The notes: generated from the letters alone by a model not told the origin. DNA of 64,000 nucleotides from Thermoanaerobaculales bacterium (GCA_036351195.1 JAZBOQ010000024.1:26669-90668); one strand, 5' to 3'. Positions 19,823-29,815 are shown, counted from the first letter of the stretch. Program-made: numbers and translations.

Positions 19823-20218
19823 TCAACGCTCGCCAGACTCCACCGTCACCACGGTGTGGATCCCACCGCGCAGGCGGTAATCGAGAACGACCTGCATCCA
19901 CCCTGGGGCGCAGCAGGCAACGAGGTCGTCGAGCACCCGGTTGGCGGCGTGCTCCTGGTAGATGCCGACGTTGCGGAAGCTCGTCAGATAGTACTTGTAG
20001 GATTTGAGCTCGATGCAGGTCTCCGACGGCAGGTAGCGCACCGTGAGGGCACCGAAGTCCGGCAGACCCGAGAAGGGGCAGACGCAGCTCCACTCGTCGG
20101 TGGAGATTTCCACCACCGCATCCCGGCCGGCGTACTCGTAGGGAAAGGTCTCGAGCACCTCCGGTGTCAACACCTCGACACCCTCGAACGGAAAACTGCG
20201 ACCCTCGGCCTGTGCCAT
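19823..20218 (-). CDS. queF: NADPH-dependent preQ0 reductase (preQ1 synthase)
   Basis: CPFSGLPDFG, IELKSYKYYL, YQEH, RGGIHT. Confidence 0.93.
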   Translation of the reverse strand: MAQAEGRSFPFEGVEVLTPEVLETFPYEYAGRDAVVEISTDEWSCVCPFSGLPDFGALTVRYLPSETCIELKSYKYYLTSFRNVGIYQEHAANRVLDDLVACCAPGWMQVVLDYRLRGGIHTVVTVESGER

Positions 20219-20286
20219 CTCGCCTCCCCAAAATCTCGAATACCCGAATGGTAGCACCCGCCGCGTCAATGGGTTACGATTTCACT

Positions 20287-21285
20287 GTGAACTCGCCCAA
20301 GCTCTACGCCATCGTCAAGTCCACGGTCTTCGGAATACTGGTCCTCGCCGGCGGCACCCTCGGCTACATGGTCATCGAGGGCATGACCTCCTTCGACGCC
20401 CTCTACATGACCGCCATTACCGTGACCACCATCGGATTCAAGGAGGTCTTCCCCCTCTCTCTCGGCGGCCGGTTCTTCACCATGATCCTCGCCTTTGTCG
20501 GCATCGGCGTGATCCTCTACATCGCAACCGAATTCGCCCGCACCATGCTCGAAACCGATCTCCGCCGCGTCCTGGGCATTCGGAGGGAGCTCAAGCACAT
20601 GAAGAAGCTCAAGAACCACATCGTCGTCTGCGGCCACGGCCGGATGGGCCAGGCCGTCGTCAACATCCTCCGTCAACGAAACATCCCGTTCGCGGTGGTC
20701 GAGCTCGATCCCGATCACTGCCGTCCTCTGGAGGACGAAGGCCTGCCGGTGGTCCGCGGCGACGCCACCGACGAGAAGGTCCTGACGTCCACCAACCTCA
20801 TCCAGGCGAAGACCATCATCACCTGCCTTGCCGACGACGCCCACAACGTCTATACCATCCTGCTCGCCCGCCAGCTCAACCCGGAGATCATCGTCATCGC
20901 CCGCGCCGTTGAGGTCGATGCCGAGGAGCGCCTCAAGCTCGCCGGCGCCGACCGGGTGCTCAATCCCTACCAGATCGGCGGCATGCGCCTCGCCCTGAGC
21001 GCCATCAAGCCCACCGTCACCGACTTCATCGACGAGTCCCTGCTGGGCTCCTCGGTGGAGCTCGAGCTCGCCGAGATCGTCGTCGACCCGTCGTCCGAGC
21101 TCGTTGGGAAGACCCTCGCCGGCGCCGAGGTCCGCAAGCGGTTCGGCGTCATCGTCGTCGCCCTCAAACGGGGCGACGAGGCCGTCTTCAATCCCGGCGC
21201 CGACGAACGCATCGAGGGCGGCGACGTGCTCGTGGCACTGGGCCCGCTCGCCGCGATCGAAAGAGTCGAACGCGCGGTTCAGTGA
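20287..21285 (+). CDS. Two-TM potassium channel with RCK (TrkA-N/C) domains
   Basis: DALYMTAITVTTIGFKEV pore, HIVVCGHGRMG Rossmann motif, GDATDE; alternative start at 20269. Confidence 0.9.
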   Translation: MNSPKLYAIVKSTVFGILVLAGGTLGYMVIEGMTSFDALYMTAITVTTIGFKEVFPLSLGGRFFTMILAFVGIGVILYIATEFARTMLETDLRRVLGIRRELKHMKKLKNHIVVCGHGRMGQAVVNILRQRNIPFAVVELDPDHCRPLEDEGLPVVRGDATDEKVLTSTNLIQAKTIITCLADDAHNVYTILLARQLNPEIIVIARAVEVDAEERLKLAGADRVLNPYQIGGMRLALSAIKPTVTDFIDESLLGSSVELELAEIVVDPSSELVGKTLAGAEVRKRFGVIVVALKRGDEAVFNPGADERIEGGDVLVALGPLAAIERVERAVQ

Positions 21286-21349
21286 ATCCAAGGCCGAGCT
21301 GAACCCAGCATCTATCTCGCGGAATCGAGCGCGACGATTGCATGCACCC

Positions 21350-21488
21350 GGAACGGCGGCCTGCATCCTTACCGGAACCACTGCTCTTCATGACTGGGCT
21401 CGGCGATTGCCACTCACGCACATTGTGCGAAGCGCGCTCCGAACCGTAGGATCGAGGGAATGCACAATGACGTGAATGGCACGTCCGT
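21350..21488. repeat. Intergenic repeat (inverted copy of 45346-45480)
   Basis: CTGGGCTCGGCGATTGCCACTCACGC...GCACAATGACGTGAATGGCACGTCCG matches the reverse complement of the 45.4-kb region. Confidence 0.8.
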
Positions 21489-21520
21489 CTCAACGCGAAT
21501 GTGCGCGGTCGCGACTCCGT

Positions 21521-22729
21521 TTACGACTTCATTGCGACGCGATCGCGATAGGAGCCCACCGCGGCATCGAGGATTCGCATCGCGCGTTGCAGAGTTTCGC
21601 TGTCGTACATGAAGGCGATGCGGACCTCGTCGACGCCGAGACCGGGAGTGACGTAGAAGCCCTCGCCGGGAGCGAGGCAGATGGTTTCGCCGTGGTGGGA
21701 GAAATCGCGGAGCAACCAGGCGGCGAAGTCCTCGCAGCTGTCGATGGGCAGACGGGTCATGGCGTAGAACGAGCCTTCGCTCCGGTGCGGCCGAACACCG
21801 GAGACGGTCCCGAGGCCGGCGAAGACCGCGTCCCTCCTGGCCTGGTACTCTGCGCACAGCCTCTCCGAGTAGGCGCGGCCGCCGGCGAGCATGGGAATCA
21901 CCATGAGCTGCTCCGCCGTGGCCACCGACAACCGAGCCTGGCAGAAGCGCAGCGTCACGTCGATGACCTCGCGGTTCTTGGTGGCCATGCAGCCGATGCG
22001 CACGCCGCATGCGTTGAAGCGCTTGGACACGCTGTCGACCACGATGATCCGCTGCGCGAGATCGCTGAATTCGGTGAAGGACCGAACCCGGCCGCCGTCG
22101 AAGACGAACTCGCGATACACCTCGTCGCAGATGACGAAGAGGTCGTGTTCCACCGCAATGCGGGCCACCGCTTCCAGCTCGTCGTCGGTGTAGACGGTGC
22201 CGGTGGGATTGGACGGGTTGCAGAGCAGGATGGCCTTGGTCCTGGCGGTGACGCAGGCCTCGAGACGATCGGCGGAACCGATGTGGTAGGCATCCTCGAC
22301 CCTGAGGGTGACGGGCACCATGGTCACGTCCGCCTGGGCGGCGAAGCTCAGGTAGTTCGTGTAGCAGGGCTCGAAGACGAGCACCTCACCGCCGCCTCCC
22401 GCCACCACCGACAGGGCGAAGGTGATGGCCTCGCTGGCGCCGGACGTCACCAGGATCTCGTCCGCCGCGAAATCGATCCCCCAGCTGGAAAAGAAGGCGC
22501 TCCAGGCTTCCCTCGCCTCGGGAAGGCCTTCGCTCGGGGCATAGGCCAGCCGGTTCAGGGGTAGACCGTGCAGCTCGGCGAGCATCTCCGGCGGCGTCGG
22601 CATGTCGGGCTGGCCGATGTTGAGGTAGACGACGCCGGTGCCCCGGTCCTCGGCGGCACGGGCCAATGGTGCCAGCTTGCGAATCGGGCTCCTCTGCAGC
22701 GTTGCCGACTTCGGTGAGAGAGAAGGCAT
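21521..22729 (-). CDS. PLP-dependent aminotransferase class I/II
   Basis: LNIGQPD, CNPSNPTG, DEVYREF, SVSKRFNACGVRIG. Confidence 0.93.
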   Translation of the reverse strand: MPSLSPKSATLQRSPIRKLAPLARAAEDRGTGVVYLNIGQPDMPTPPEMLAELHGLPLNRLAYAPSEGLPEAREAWSAFFSSWGIDFAADEILVTSGASEAITFALSVVAGGGGEVLVFEPCYTNYLSFAAQADVTMVPVTLRVEDAYHIGSADRLEACVTARTKAILLCNPSNPTGTVYTDDELEAVARIAVEHDLFVICDEVYREFVFDGGRVRSFTEFSDLAQRIIVVDSVSKRFNACGVRIGCMATKNREVIDVTLRFCQARLSVATAEQLMVIPMLAGGRAYSERLCAEYQARRDAVFAGLGTVSGVRPHRSEGSFYAMTRLPIDSCEDFAAWLLRDFSHHGETICLAPGEGFYVTPGLGVDEVRIAFMYDSETLQRAMRILDAAVGSYRDRVAMKS

Positions 22730-22812
22730 TGGGTCCTCCATCCGGGCGGGCCGATTGTACTCTCCTCCCGCGCGACCTCGTACAATGGTTTGCCCCAGAC
22801 AACGGAGATCTC

Positions 22813-24294
22813 ATGTCGATCACGACAGCGCTCAAAAAGACCGCCGGCAGCATCCGCCGTCTCAACCGCCGTTCCAAGCTCCGCCTGGCGTGGGACGTTT
22901 TCATGGTCTGGGTCGCGCTGATCAACTTGTGGATGATCATCTTCGACCTCAGCTACCTCTGGTTGCGACCGTTCTACTTCAGCTACGCGCCGGTCGTGAC
23001 TCGAGTCTACGATCCGGTCAAGGGCATCGAACCCCACCCGCTTACGGTGACTCTGCTCGACACTCTCGACGAGACCGAGCGCACCATCCGGCGCAATCCC
23101 GACCTGCCGGTCATCGGCGACCAGGCGCAGGAGTTGAGAGAGCTCAGCTACCGGCTGATTACCGAAAAGCCATTCGAGCGATCGGGTCAGATCGTCTCGT
23201 ACAACTACATCGTCCATGCCTTCGCCGACAACATTGCAGTGACGGGTGAGGCGCTCCGGGTGCCGTCCACCGCCCGCCGCGCCGCCGACGCATTCTGGCC
23301 GGAGGACCCGGAGCGCCTGCTCGAGGTCATCGAAAACCTCGATCCGAAGGTGGTCCACAACCTCCAGATCAACTACTACAGAACCTTCAACCTCGACGGG
23401 AAACTCACCGACGATTTTTGGATCTTGGACCTCCCGTTTCTCGTCCTCTTCTGGATCGAGTTCGTCATCAGGTGGATCCACGCCCTTCGCCGCCGGACCT
23501 ACGCACGCTGGTTCTTCTTCCCGATCTTCAACTGGTACGACGTCCTCGGCCTCATCCCCGTGGCGGTCTTCCGGCCCTTCCGGCTGCTCCGTGCGGTCTC
23601 CATGTACATGCGGTTGCGGCGCAGCGAACTCTCCAACGTCGGCAAGGACATCTTCACGCGCACGGTCCTGTATTTTTCCAACATCATCACCGAGGAGGTC
23701 TCGGACCGGGTGGCGCTCAGAATCCTGTCGGAGTTCCGTGAGGAGATCGAGGATGGAACGCACACCCGGATCGCCCGGTCGGTCGTGGAACCGAAGCGAG
23801 CCGAGATCGACAGGGTTCTCGTCACCCAGATCCGCCAGATCCTCACCAACCCAGAGACCATCGAACGTCTTCGTTCATTGGTTCGGCTCAATCTGGAAAA
23901 CGCGGTGGAGGACTCGGAGGCCCTGCAAGCGATTCCGCTGCCGAACTTTGTCCTCCGACCGGCCGTCAGCGCCGTCGGCGAGGTCATCCTCGACGCAACC
24001 CTCCAGACTGTGACCGCGACCCTGGAATCCGAGCAGGGCGAAGAGGCGCTGTACGAGGTTGCCGACGTCATTCTGAGCGACGTGTTCTACGGGCCGGGCA
24101 TGGCCCAGATCGAAACCCTGGCGAAAGACATCAGCCTCCAGGTCATCGACCACATGATGGACGTCGTCGAGGTCAAGAAGTGGTCCCTGCCCGACGGCGA
24201 AGACAAGCGCCCATCCATGCCGTGGGAACCGAGCGCCTCAGGCGCTTGGGACCCGTTTCACGACGGCGAGCATCGAGGCAACGACAACCCGTAA
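22813..24294 (+). CDS. Ion-transport (voltage-sensor-like) domain membrane protein
   Basis: S2-S4-like segments FWIEF, NWYDVLGLIP, FRPFRLLRAVSMYMRLRR; long helical C-terminus; no pore motif. Confidence 0.7.
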   Translation: MSITTALKKTAGSIRRLNRRSKLRLAWDVFMVWVALINLWMIIFDLSYLWLRPFYFSYAPVVTRVYDPVKGIEPHPLTVTLLDTLDETERTIRRNPDLPVIGDQAQELRELSYRLITEKPFERSGQIVSYNYIVHAFADNIAVTGEALRVPSTARRAADAFWPEDPERLLEVIENLDPKVVHNLQINYYRTFNLDGKLTDDFWILDLPFLVLFWIEFVIRWIHALRRRTYARWFFFPIFNWYDVLGLIPVAVFRPFRLLRAVSMYMRLRRSELSNVGKDIFTRTVLYFSNIITEEVSDRVALRILSEFREEIEDGTHTRIARSVVEPKRAEIDRVLVTQIRQILTNPETIERLRSLVRLNLENAVEDSEALQAIPLPNFVLRPAVSAVGEVILDATLQTVTATLESEQGEEALYEVADVILSDVFYGPGMAQIETLAKDISLQVIDHMMDVVEVKKWSLPDGEDKRPSMPWEPSASGAWDPFHDGEHRGNDNP

Positions 24295-24304
24295 ATATCT
24301 ACAG

Positions 24305-24414
24305 AATTATGAGTTATGAGTTATGAGTTATGAATGGCATCGCACCCGTTTCCGAAGCACGCGAGTAGGTCCGCTGCGATGGAATTCATAATTCATAACT
24401 CATCATTCATCATT
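24305..24414. repeat. Inverted heptamer arrays flanking CATCGCA-30 nt-TGCGATG
   Basis: (TTATGAG)3 ... TTCATAA/TCATAAC/TCATCAT; same architecture at 56883-56988. Confidence 0.8.
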
Positions 24415-25207
24415 TCGCCGTCCTGAGCCTGTCAAGGCGAAGGACGGCGTCGGCGCCCATGAAGTGCCGGCCGGCGAGCAGCACGACGAGCATGGCGCCG
24501 CCCGCAACCGCTGCGGCGATCATGAACATGACCACGATCTGGTAGGCCACCGCCTGCAGCGGCGGCGAACCGGCGAGGATCTGGCCGGTCATCATGCCCG
24601 GAAGAGAGACGATTCCCGCCGCGGCCATGGCATTGACAATGGGCACCATCCCGGTGCGCACTGACACCCGAAGCGGCTCGGAAAGTGCCTCGCGGCGGGA
24701 GGCCCCGAAGGCCAGACGCAGTTCGACCTCGTGCCGCCTGCTGACCAGGTGATCGAGGAAACGATCCAGACCCAGGGCGATGCCGGTCAGCGAGTTGCCG
24801 AGGATCATCCCGACGAGCGGGATCACGTACTGCGGGTCGTACCAGGGCTCGACGCCCACCACAAGCTGGGTCACCACGGCGCCCACCGCGAAGCAGGAAA
24901 CCGCCATGGCGAGCCAGGCATCGACCATGATTCCGCGGTAACGCCTCGAGGTTCGCGCCGCCGCCTCCCGGGCGGCGAAAACCGTCATGAGCAGCAGAAT
25001 CCCGGCGATGAGCAAAGGGTGGCGGATGGCGAAAACCCGTTCGAGAACGAGCCCGAGGAGACCGAGCTGGACGACAGTCCGCACCACCGCGAGCGCCAGC
25101 CGACCCTCGATGCCGAGCCGGAGCAGCAGCGAGATCGCACCGGCCGCCACCACCAGCAGGGCCGCCGCCGCCAGCTCCCAGGGTCCCAGGTGAATCAGCT
25201 GGTTCAC
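24410..25207 (-). CDS. ABC permease, UPF0014/FetB family
   Basis: RTVVQL, PQYVIPLVGMILGNS, GIVSLPGMMTGQILAG, AVAYQI. Confidence 0.92.
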   Translation of the reverse strand: MNQLIHLGPWELAAAALLVVAAGAISLLLRLGIEGRLALAVVRTVVQLGLLGLVLERVFAIRHPLLIAGILLLMTVFAAREAAARTSRRYRGIMVDAWLAMAVSCFAVGAVVTQLVVGVEPWYDPQYVIPLVGMILGNSLTGIALGLDRFLDHLVSRRHEVELRLAFGASRREALSEPLRVSVRTGMVPIVNAMAAAGIVSLPGMMTGQILAGSPPLQAVAYQIVVMFMIAAAVAGGAMLVVLLAGRHFMGADAVLRLDRLRTAK

Positions 25208-25866
25208 GGCGCCTCCCGGTGAGCCGACGACGCCAGCGGAACGACCCGATGCGCCCGTCTGGACAGCGCACGCTCGTGGAGCACGCACACCACCGCGCGG
25301 CCCGGACGGCGGGCGAAGTCGAGCAGCAGAGTGAAACAGGCCTCCGCCGAATCCTCGTCGAGCCCCGACAGGGGCTCATCCACTACGAGCACGGACGGGT
25401 CCCAGAGCAGGGCCCGGACCAGGGCGAGGCGGTGGCGCTCCCCGCCGGACAGGGTGGATACGTCCCGGTCCTCGGGGATTTCCGCGATGCCGGCCGCGTC
25501 GAGCAGCACGGCGAGCCTGTCGTCGCCCGGCGCGGCTTTCCCCGCACACTGCTGGGCGAAGGGGAACCGGAGGTTCTCACCAACGGTCGCCGCCAGCATC
25601 GGCGCATCCTGGGCGGCCAGCGTGACCTTCGCTCTCCAGGCCGGAAGCTGCCCGTCGGTAAAGAGCTCGCCGGCGAGGCGCCGCTCGACGCCCTCCGTCG
25701 GCTCGAGCCCGACCAGCTGTCGCAGCAATGTGCTCTTGCCCGAGCCCGAGGGACCGTCGAGCACGACGAGCTCGCCTTCGAAAAGCTCCACGGTGACATC
25801 GGTGAAGAGCAGGCGGCCCTCGCCGTCTCGGGCGGAGAAGGGACCGGCGGTGAGGAATGCGAGCAT
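25204..25866 (-). CDS. ABC ATP-binding protein (FetA-like)
   Basis: GPSGSGKST, LSGGE, VVDEP; overlaps the permease start. Confidence 0.9.
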   Translation of the reverse strand: MLAFLTAGPFSARDGEGRLLFTDVTVELFEGELVVLDGPSGSGKSTLLRQLVGLEPTEGVERRLAGELFTDGQLPAWRAKVTLAAQDAPMLAATVGENLRFPFAQQCAGKAAPGDDRLAVLLDAAGIAEIPEDRDVSTLSGGERHRLALVRALLWDPSVLVVDEPLSGLDEDSAEACFTLLLDFARRPGRAVVCVLHERALSRRAHRVVPLASSAHREAP

Positions 25867-26138
25867 TCGCTCATTATGAATGATGAGTGATGAATGATGA
25901 ATACCGGGCTCCTTCGGGACCTCCTGGTCCTCGCATTTCGTGAATCGGCGGTCCGACCGATCTGCACAATGAAACCGCGGAGACGCAGGGTCCGCCGAGA
26001 CCCCGCAGAGCATGCATCGATTGACCACGGATTCCAAAAGCAGTCGTGTCGGTGCTGAGGCAGGCCGGCGTCGAGGAGGGGGGGGAGCGGGAGAAGGGCA
26101 GGAAACGGCTGTCGGATGCGAACGCGTAGAATCGCCCC

Positions 26139-27275
26139 ATGAGTCGCTGGGACGACTACCGCCGCATTCTTCACTGCGATATGGATTGTTTCTATGCCGC
26201 GGTGCACATGCGAGACGACCCGTCGTTGGTGGGCAAACCGGTTGTGGTGGGCGGCAGTCCCGACGGCCGGGGGGTGGTCGCCGCAGCCAATTACGAGGCC
26301 CGCCGGTACGGCATCCACTCGGCCCTCCCGGCGGCCCAGGCGCGGCGGCTGTGCCCGGAGACGATCTTCCTCACGCCGGACTTCAAGACCTACCGTTCCG
26401 AGTCCGCGGCGATCTTCGCCATCTACCGCCTCTTCTCCCCGACCATCCAGCCGCTCTCATTGGACGAGGCTTTTCTCGACGTCACCGAGCACCTGGGCGA
26501 CTTCGACAGCGCCACCGCCATCGCCCACGAGATCCGACGGCGGGTGAAGGACGAGCGCGGCCTCACGGTGTCGGTGGGTGTTGCTCCAAACAAGCTTCTC
26601 GCCAAGATCGCTTCGGACCACGACAAGCCCGACGGGCTGACCGTGGTGAAACCCACCGAGGTCGAGGCATTCCTGGCGCCGCTGCCGGTCCGCCGCCTGC
26701 ACGGCGTCGGCCCCGCCGGCGAGAAGGCCCTCCACGAGATGGGCGTCAACACCGTGGCCGAGCTTCGGACGCTGTCCCTCGACCGTCTCATCGAGCGCTT
26801 CGGCCACTGGGGACGGACCCTGCACGCCTTTGCCCGCGGCGACGACCGCCGGGAGGTCCGCGTCGCGCGGGTGCGCAAGAGCCTGAGCACCGAGCACACG
26901 TTCGAGACCGACATCGATGACGAGGCCGCCATCGACGAGATCCTCGACACCATGGCCGATGAGGTCGCGCGGGGACTCCGGGGGAAAGCGCTCTCCGCAT
27001 GCACCATCACGGTGAAGGCCCGCTACCCGGACTTCACCACCGTCACCCGATCCCACACCCTGCCCGTGCCCACCGCCGACCATGCAACGATCGCCGGTTG
27101 CGCGCGCGAACTCATCCGCGCCACCGAGGCCTTCACGCGCTCGGTGCGCCTGCTCGGGGTGGGAGCGTCCAATCTGGTCACCGGCGGAGTCGAACAGCTG
27201 GCCCTCTTCGAGATCGGCGAGCACGATGCGAGTCAGGGGCAGAGACAGGGCCCGGAACAGGGGCAGAGGCCGTGA
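26139..27275 (+). CDS. dinB: DNA polymerase IV
   Basis: HCDMDCFYAAV, YEARRYG, SLDEAFLD, NKLLAKIASD, KPDG. Confidence 0.95.
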   Translation: MSRWDDYRRILHCDMDCFYAAVHMRDDPSLVGKPVVVGGSPDGRGVVAAANYEARRYGIHSALPAAQARRLCPETIFLTPDFKTYRSESAAIFAIYRLFSPTIQPLSLDEAFLDVTEHLGDFDSATAIAHEIRRRVKDERGLTVSVGVAPNKLLAKIASDHDKPDGLTVVKPTEVEAFLAPLPVRRLHGVGPAGEKALHEMGVNTVAELRTLSLDRLIERFGHWGRTLHAFARGDDRREVRVARVRKSLSTEHTFETDIDDEAAIDEILDTMADEVARGLRGKALSACTITVKARYPDFTTVTRSHTLPVPTADHATIAGCARELIRATEAFTRSVRLLGVGASNLVTGGVEQLALFEIGEHDASQGQRQGPEQGQRP

Positions 27276-27603
27276 CAGAGGCCGTGACCGCAGCCGTGGC
27301 CGTGTCTGGATCGATCCCGATTCCGATCCCGTCCCCGAAGCGATGCTCAAGGAACTGTGGCCGTCATCGATGCTCTTCTCAGTGGCCGGAACATGTCTCG
27401 CCCGCATCCAGGGCGCCCTCGTTGCTCCCAATGCCGAGCTGGAGGTCGGCGGTCCCAGACCGGACCAGTCACCCATTCCAGTGCCAACTGTTCGGGTTGG
27501 CGAACGAGGCAATGAGCGATGTGCGATGGATTCATCATTCATCATTCATTCATCATTTGCACACCCCCGAGCACCCAACCTCCACCGGCCCGGGAGAGGC
27601 CGA

Positions 27604-28092
27604 ATGACCCGGTTGGACCCGCGCTCCCGCAGCTGGATCGCCGGTGCGGCGCTGGCCGCTGGGCTTTTCTGCACCGTGGTGATGGCGATCCCGTTTGCCG
27701 AGAGCGCCGGACGCGGCTGGGCCCCGCTGGGGCGGCTCGCACTGAAGCCGGCCTGCCACCAGATCCCCGAGCGGTGCATCGATCTCGGCGCCGGGCCGCT
27801 GCCGGTCTGCGCCCGCTGCGCCGGGCTCTATGCCGGCGGATTTCTCGGGCTGCTGATCCCCGCCCTGCTCGGCCGGCGCTTCCAGCCCGGTTGGAGGTGG
27901 GTGCTCCTGGCGACGTTGCCGTCGGTGGTGGATTTCGGTCTCGGTCTCGCCGGTCTGCCCGACCTCCCCAACTGGCCCCGGTTCGCCGTGGCCTTTGTAC
28001 CCGGCCTGTTGGGGGGCTTCCTGCTGGCCGGAGCCATCGACAGCACCGTGGTTCTGAACAGCCGGCGAACTCCCCGCGCCGGGATCACGTAG
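27604..28092 (+). CDS. DUF2085-like membrane protein
   Basis: CHQIPERC and PVCARCAGLYAG motifs with TM helices. Confidence 0.8.
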   Translation: MTRLDPRSRSWIAGAALAAGLFCTVVMAIPFAESAGRGWAPLGRLALKPACHQIPERCIDLGAGPLPVCARCAGLYAGGFLGLLIPALLGRRFQPGWRWVLLATLPSVVDFGLGLAGLPDLPNWPRFAVAFVPGLLGGFLLAGAIDSTVVLNSRRTPRAGIT

Positions 28093-28118
28093 AATACGAA
28101 TAACCCCAGGGAGGATCC

Positions 28119-28688
28119 ATGAAGGACAATGCCCCGTCCATGATGATGCCGGCGCTCATCGCCGGCGGTGTTCTCGGTTTTCTCAGCGGTCTGCCGATTT
28201 CCAGCTGTGCCTGCTGCCTGTGGGCGGCCGGCGCCGGTTTTCTCGCGGCCTTCCTCTACTCGAAGAGCTGCAGGAGCACAGGATCGCCCTTCGACAGCGG
28301 GAAGGGAGGCATCCTCGGCCTGCTCACCGGAGCGGTCTTCGGCGTCGTCGGCGGCATCGTCAACTCGGTCATCTCGCTGCTCACCGGCAGCTTCGACATC
28401 GAAGAGATGCGTGAGGCCATCGCCGCCAATCCGATGCTCAGCGATCCCGAGTCGACCGAACAGGCCATTCAGTTCTTCGAGTCCGTGGGTCCCGCGTTCT
28501 TCATTCTCTTCTTCGCCCTGCTCTGGATCGTCCTCGGTGTGATCTTCGCCGCCGTCGGCGGACTCCTGGGCGGCATGGCGTTCAAGGTCGAGGGCCCCCC
28601 GCAGGACGACGGAGGCTGGTCGTCGCCGCCGCCGGCAGCACCCGCGGACGTCACCCCGCCCCCGCCACCGGTTGACCCGAGCGTTTGA
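28119..28688 (+). CDS. Hypothetical membrane protein (four TM, CACC motif, Pro-rich tail)
   Basis: RBS GGAGG; hydrophobic helices; operonic spacing. Confidence 0.75.
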   Translation: MKDNAPSMMMPALIAGGVLGFLSGLPISSCACCLWAAGAGFLAAFLYSKSCRSTGSPFDSGKGGILGLLTGAVFGVVGGIVNSVISLLTGSFDIEEMREAIAANPMLSDPESTEQAIQFFESVGPAFFILFFALLWIVLGVIFAAVGGLLGGMAFKVEGPPQDDGGWSSPPPAAPADVTPPPPPVDPSV

Positions 28689-28698
28689 GGAGGCACCC

Positions 28699-29373
28699 GT
28701 GAGCACGATCCCTCCGCCGCCAGAAACCAGCACCGTTCCGGTCATCCCGTGGGAAGACGGAGCCCGATCGACCTTCGACGCCCTCTTCGAGACGATCAAA
28801 CTCCTCGCCACCGCCCCCGGCGAAGCGTTCCGCGGTATGCCCGTCACGGGCGGCATCGGACGGCCGCTCTTCTTCGCCATCATCCTCGGCTGGATCAGCA
28901 TCGCCATCGGGGTGTTCTGGAACCTGCTCTTCCAGGGAATGTGGTTCCCCTTCATGGAGTCCATGGAAGACTTCGCCGGCATGGGCGCCGCCTTCGGCTT
29001 CACCGTCGGGTGGAGTCTGTTGATGGTCGTGCTCGCCCCGCTCTTCGTCATTATCGGCGTCTTCATCGCCGCCGCCGTGCTGCACCTCATGCTGCTCATC
29101 CTGGGCGCAGCCGAGGGCGGGTTCGAGGCGACCGTTCGGGTGGTCTGCTACGTCCACACCGCACAGCTCGCCGGCATCATCCCGTTCTGCGGCGGCATCA
29201 TCGTTCTCGTGTGGACCGTGGTCCTCTACGTCACCGGCTTCGCCACCGCCCACCGGACGAGCCAGGGCAAGGCTCTCGTGGCGGTGCTGCTCCCGGTCGT
29301 CCTGTGCTGCGTGCTCGGGTTGGTGGTCTCGCTGACGATTGGAGGCCTGGCGGCGATTGCCGGTTCCCAGTGA
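28699..29373 (+). CDS. YIP1-family membrane protein
   Basis: IPWE motif, GFEATVRVVCY, IPFCGG, five TM helices; RBS GAGGAGG. Confidence 0.8.
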   Translation: MSTIPPPPETSTVPVIPWEDGARSTFDALFETIKLLATAPGEAFRGMPVTGGIGRPLFFAIILGWISIAIGVFWNLLFQGMWFPFMESMEDFAGMGAAFGFTVGWSLLMVVLAPLFVIIGVFIAAAVLHLMLLILGAAEGGFEATVRVVCYVHTAQLAGIIPFCGGIIVLVWTVVLYVTGFATAHRTSQGKALVAVLLPVVLCCVLGLVVSLTIGGLAAIAGSQ

Positions 29374-29407
29374 TTCCGGCGCTGGGGGCGACGGACCAGC
29401 GAACGAG

Positions 29408-29815
29408 GTGAAACGGTTCCGACTCCGACCACCGACGCGTGAGGAACGGCAACTGGCGGGCCTCTGGGCAGCCGCCGCCGTCTCTGCGATCGCTCTCCGG
29501 CCGGTGTGGGTGGTTCTGGCGCCCCATCTTCGCTCCTGCACATTCCACCGTCTCACCGGCGTCCCCTGCCCCACCTGCGGCACGACGAGAACGGCTCTGG
29601 CGATCCTCTCCGGCGACGTCGCCGGCGCGGTGCTGATCAATCCGCTGGCGGCGCTGGTCGGGGTCACCTTCGTCGTCGGAGGGTTCCTGGCGATTCCCTG
29701 GCTGCTTCTCCACTGGCCGCTGCCGTCGTGCGGCCTGCGCTGGACGCCAACGTGGACGGTAATCCTCGTCGCGGTCGTTGCCGCCAACTGGGCCTACCTG
29801 ATCGCCACCCTCTGA
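29408..29815 (+). CDS. DUF2752-like membrane protein
   Basis: CTFHRLTGVPCPTCGTTR and NPL motifs. Confidence 0.82.
   Translation: MKRFRLRPPTREERQLAGLWAAAAVSAIALRPVWVVLAPHLRSCTFHRLTGVPCPTCGTTRTALAILSGDVAGAVLINPLAALVGVTFVVGGFLAIPWLLLHWPLPSCGLRWTPTWTVILVAVVAANWAYLIATL

Noticed and set aside
20219-20290. preQ1 riboswitch upstream of queF
   Set aside because: The short divergent intergenic region lacks a recognisable preQ1 stem and A-rich tail.
20422-20448. Non-canonical K+ filter TIGFK as a novel channel
   Set aside because: Such variants are common among bacterial two-TM RCK channels; not distinctive by itself.
24305-24414. CRISPR array (30-nt spacers between repeats)
   Set aside because: Flanks are inverted heptamer arrays around single spacers, not direct 23-47-bp repeats in series, and no cas genes are present.
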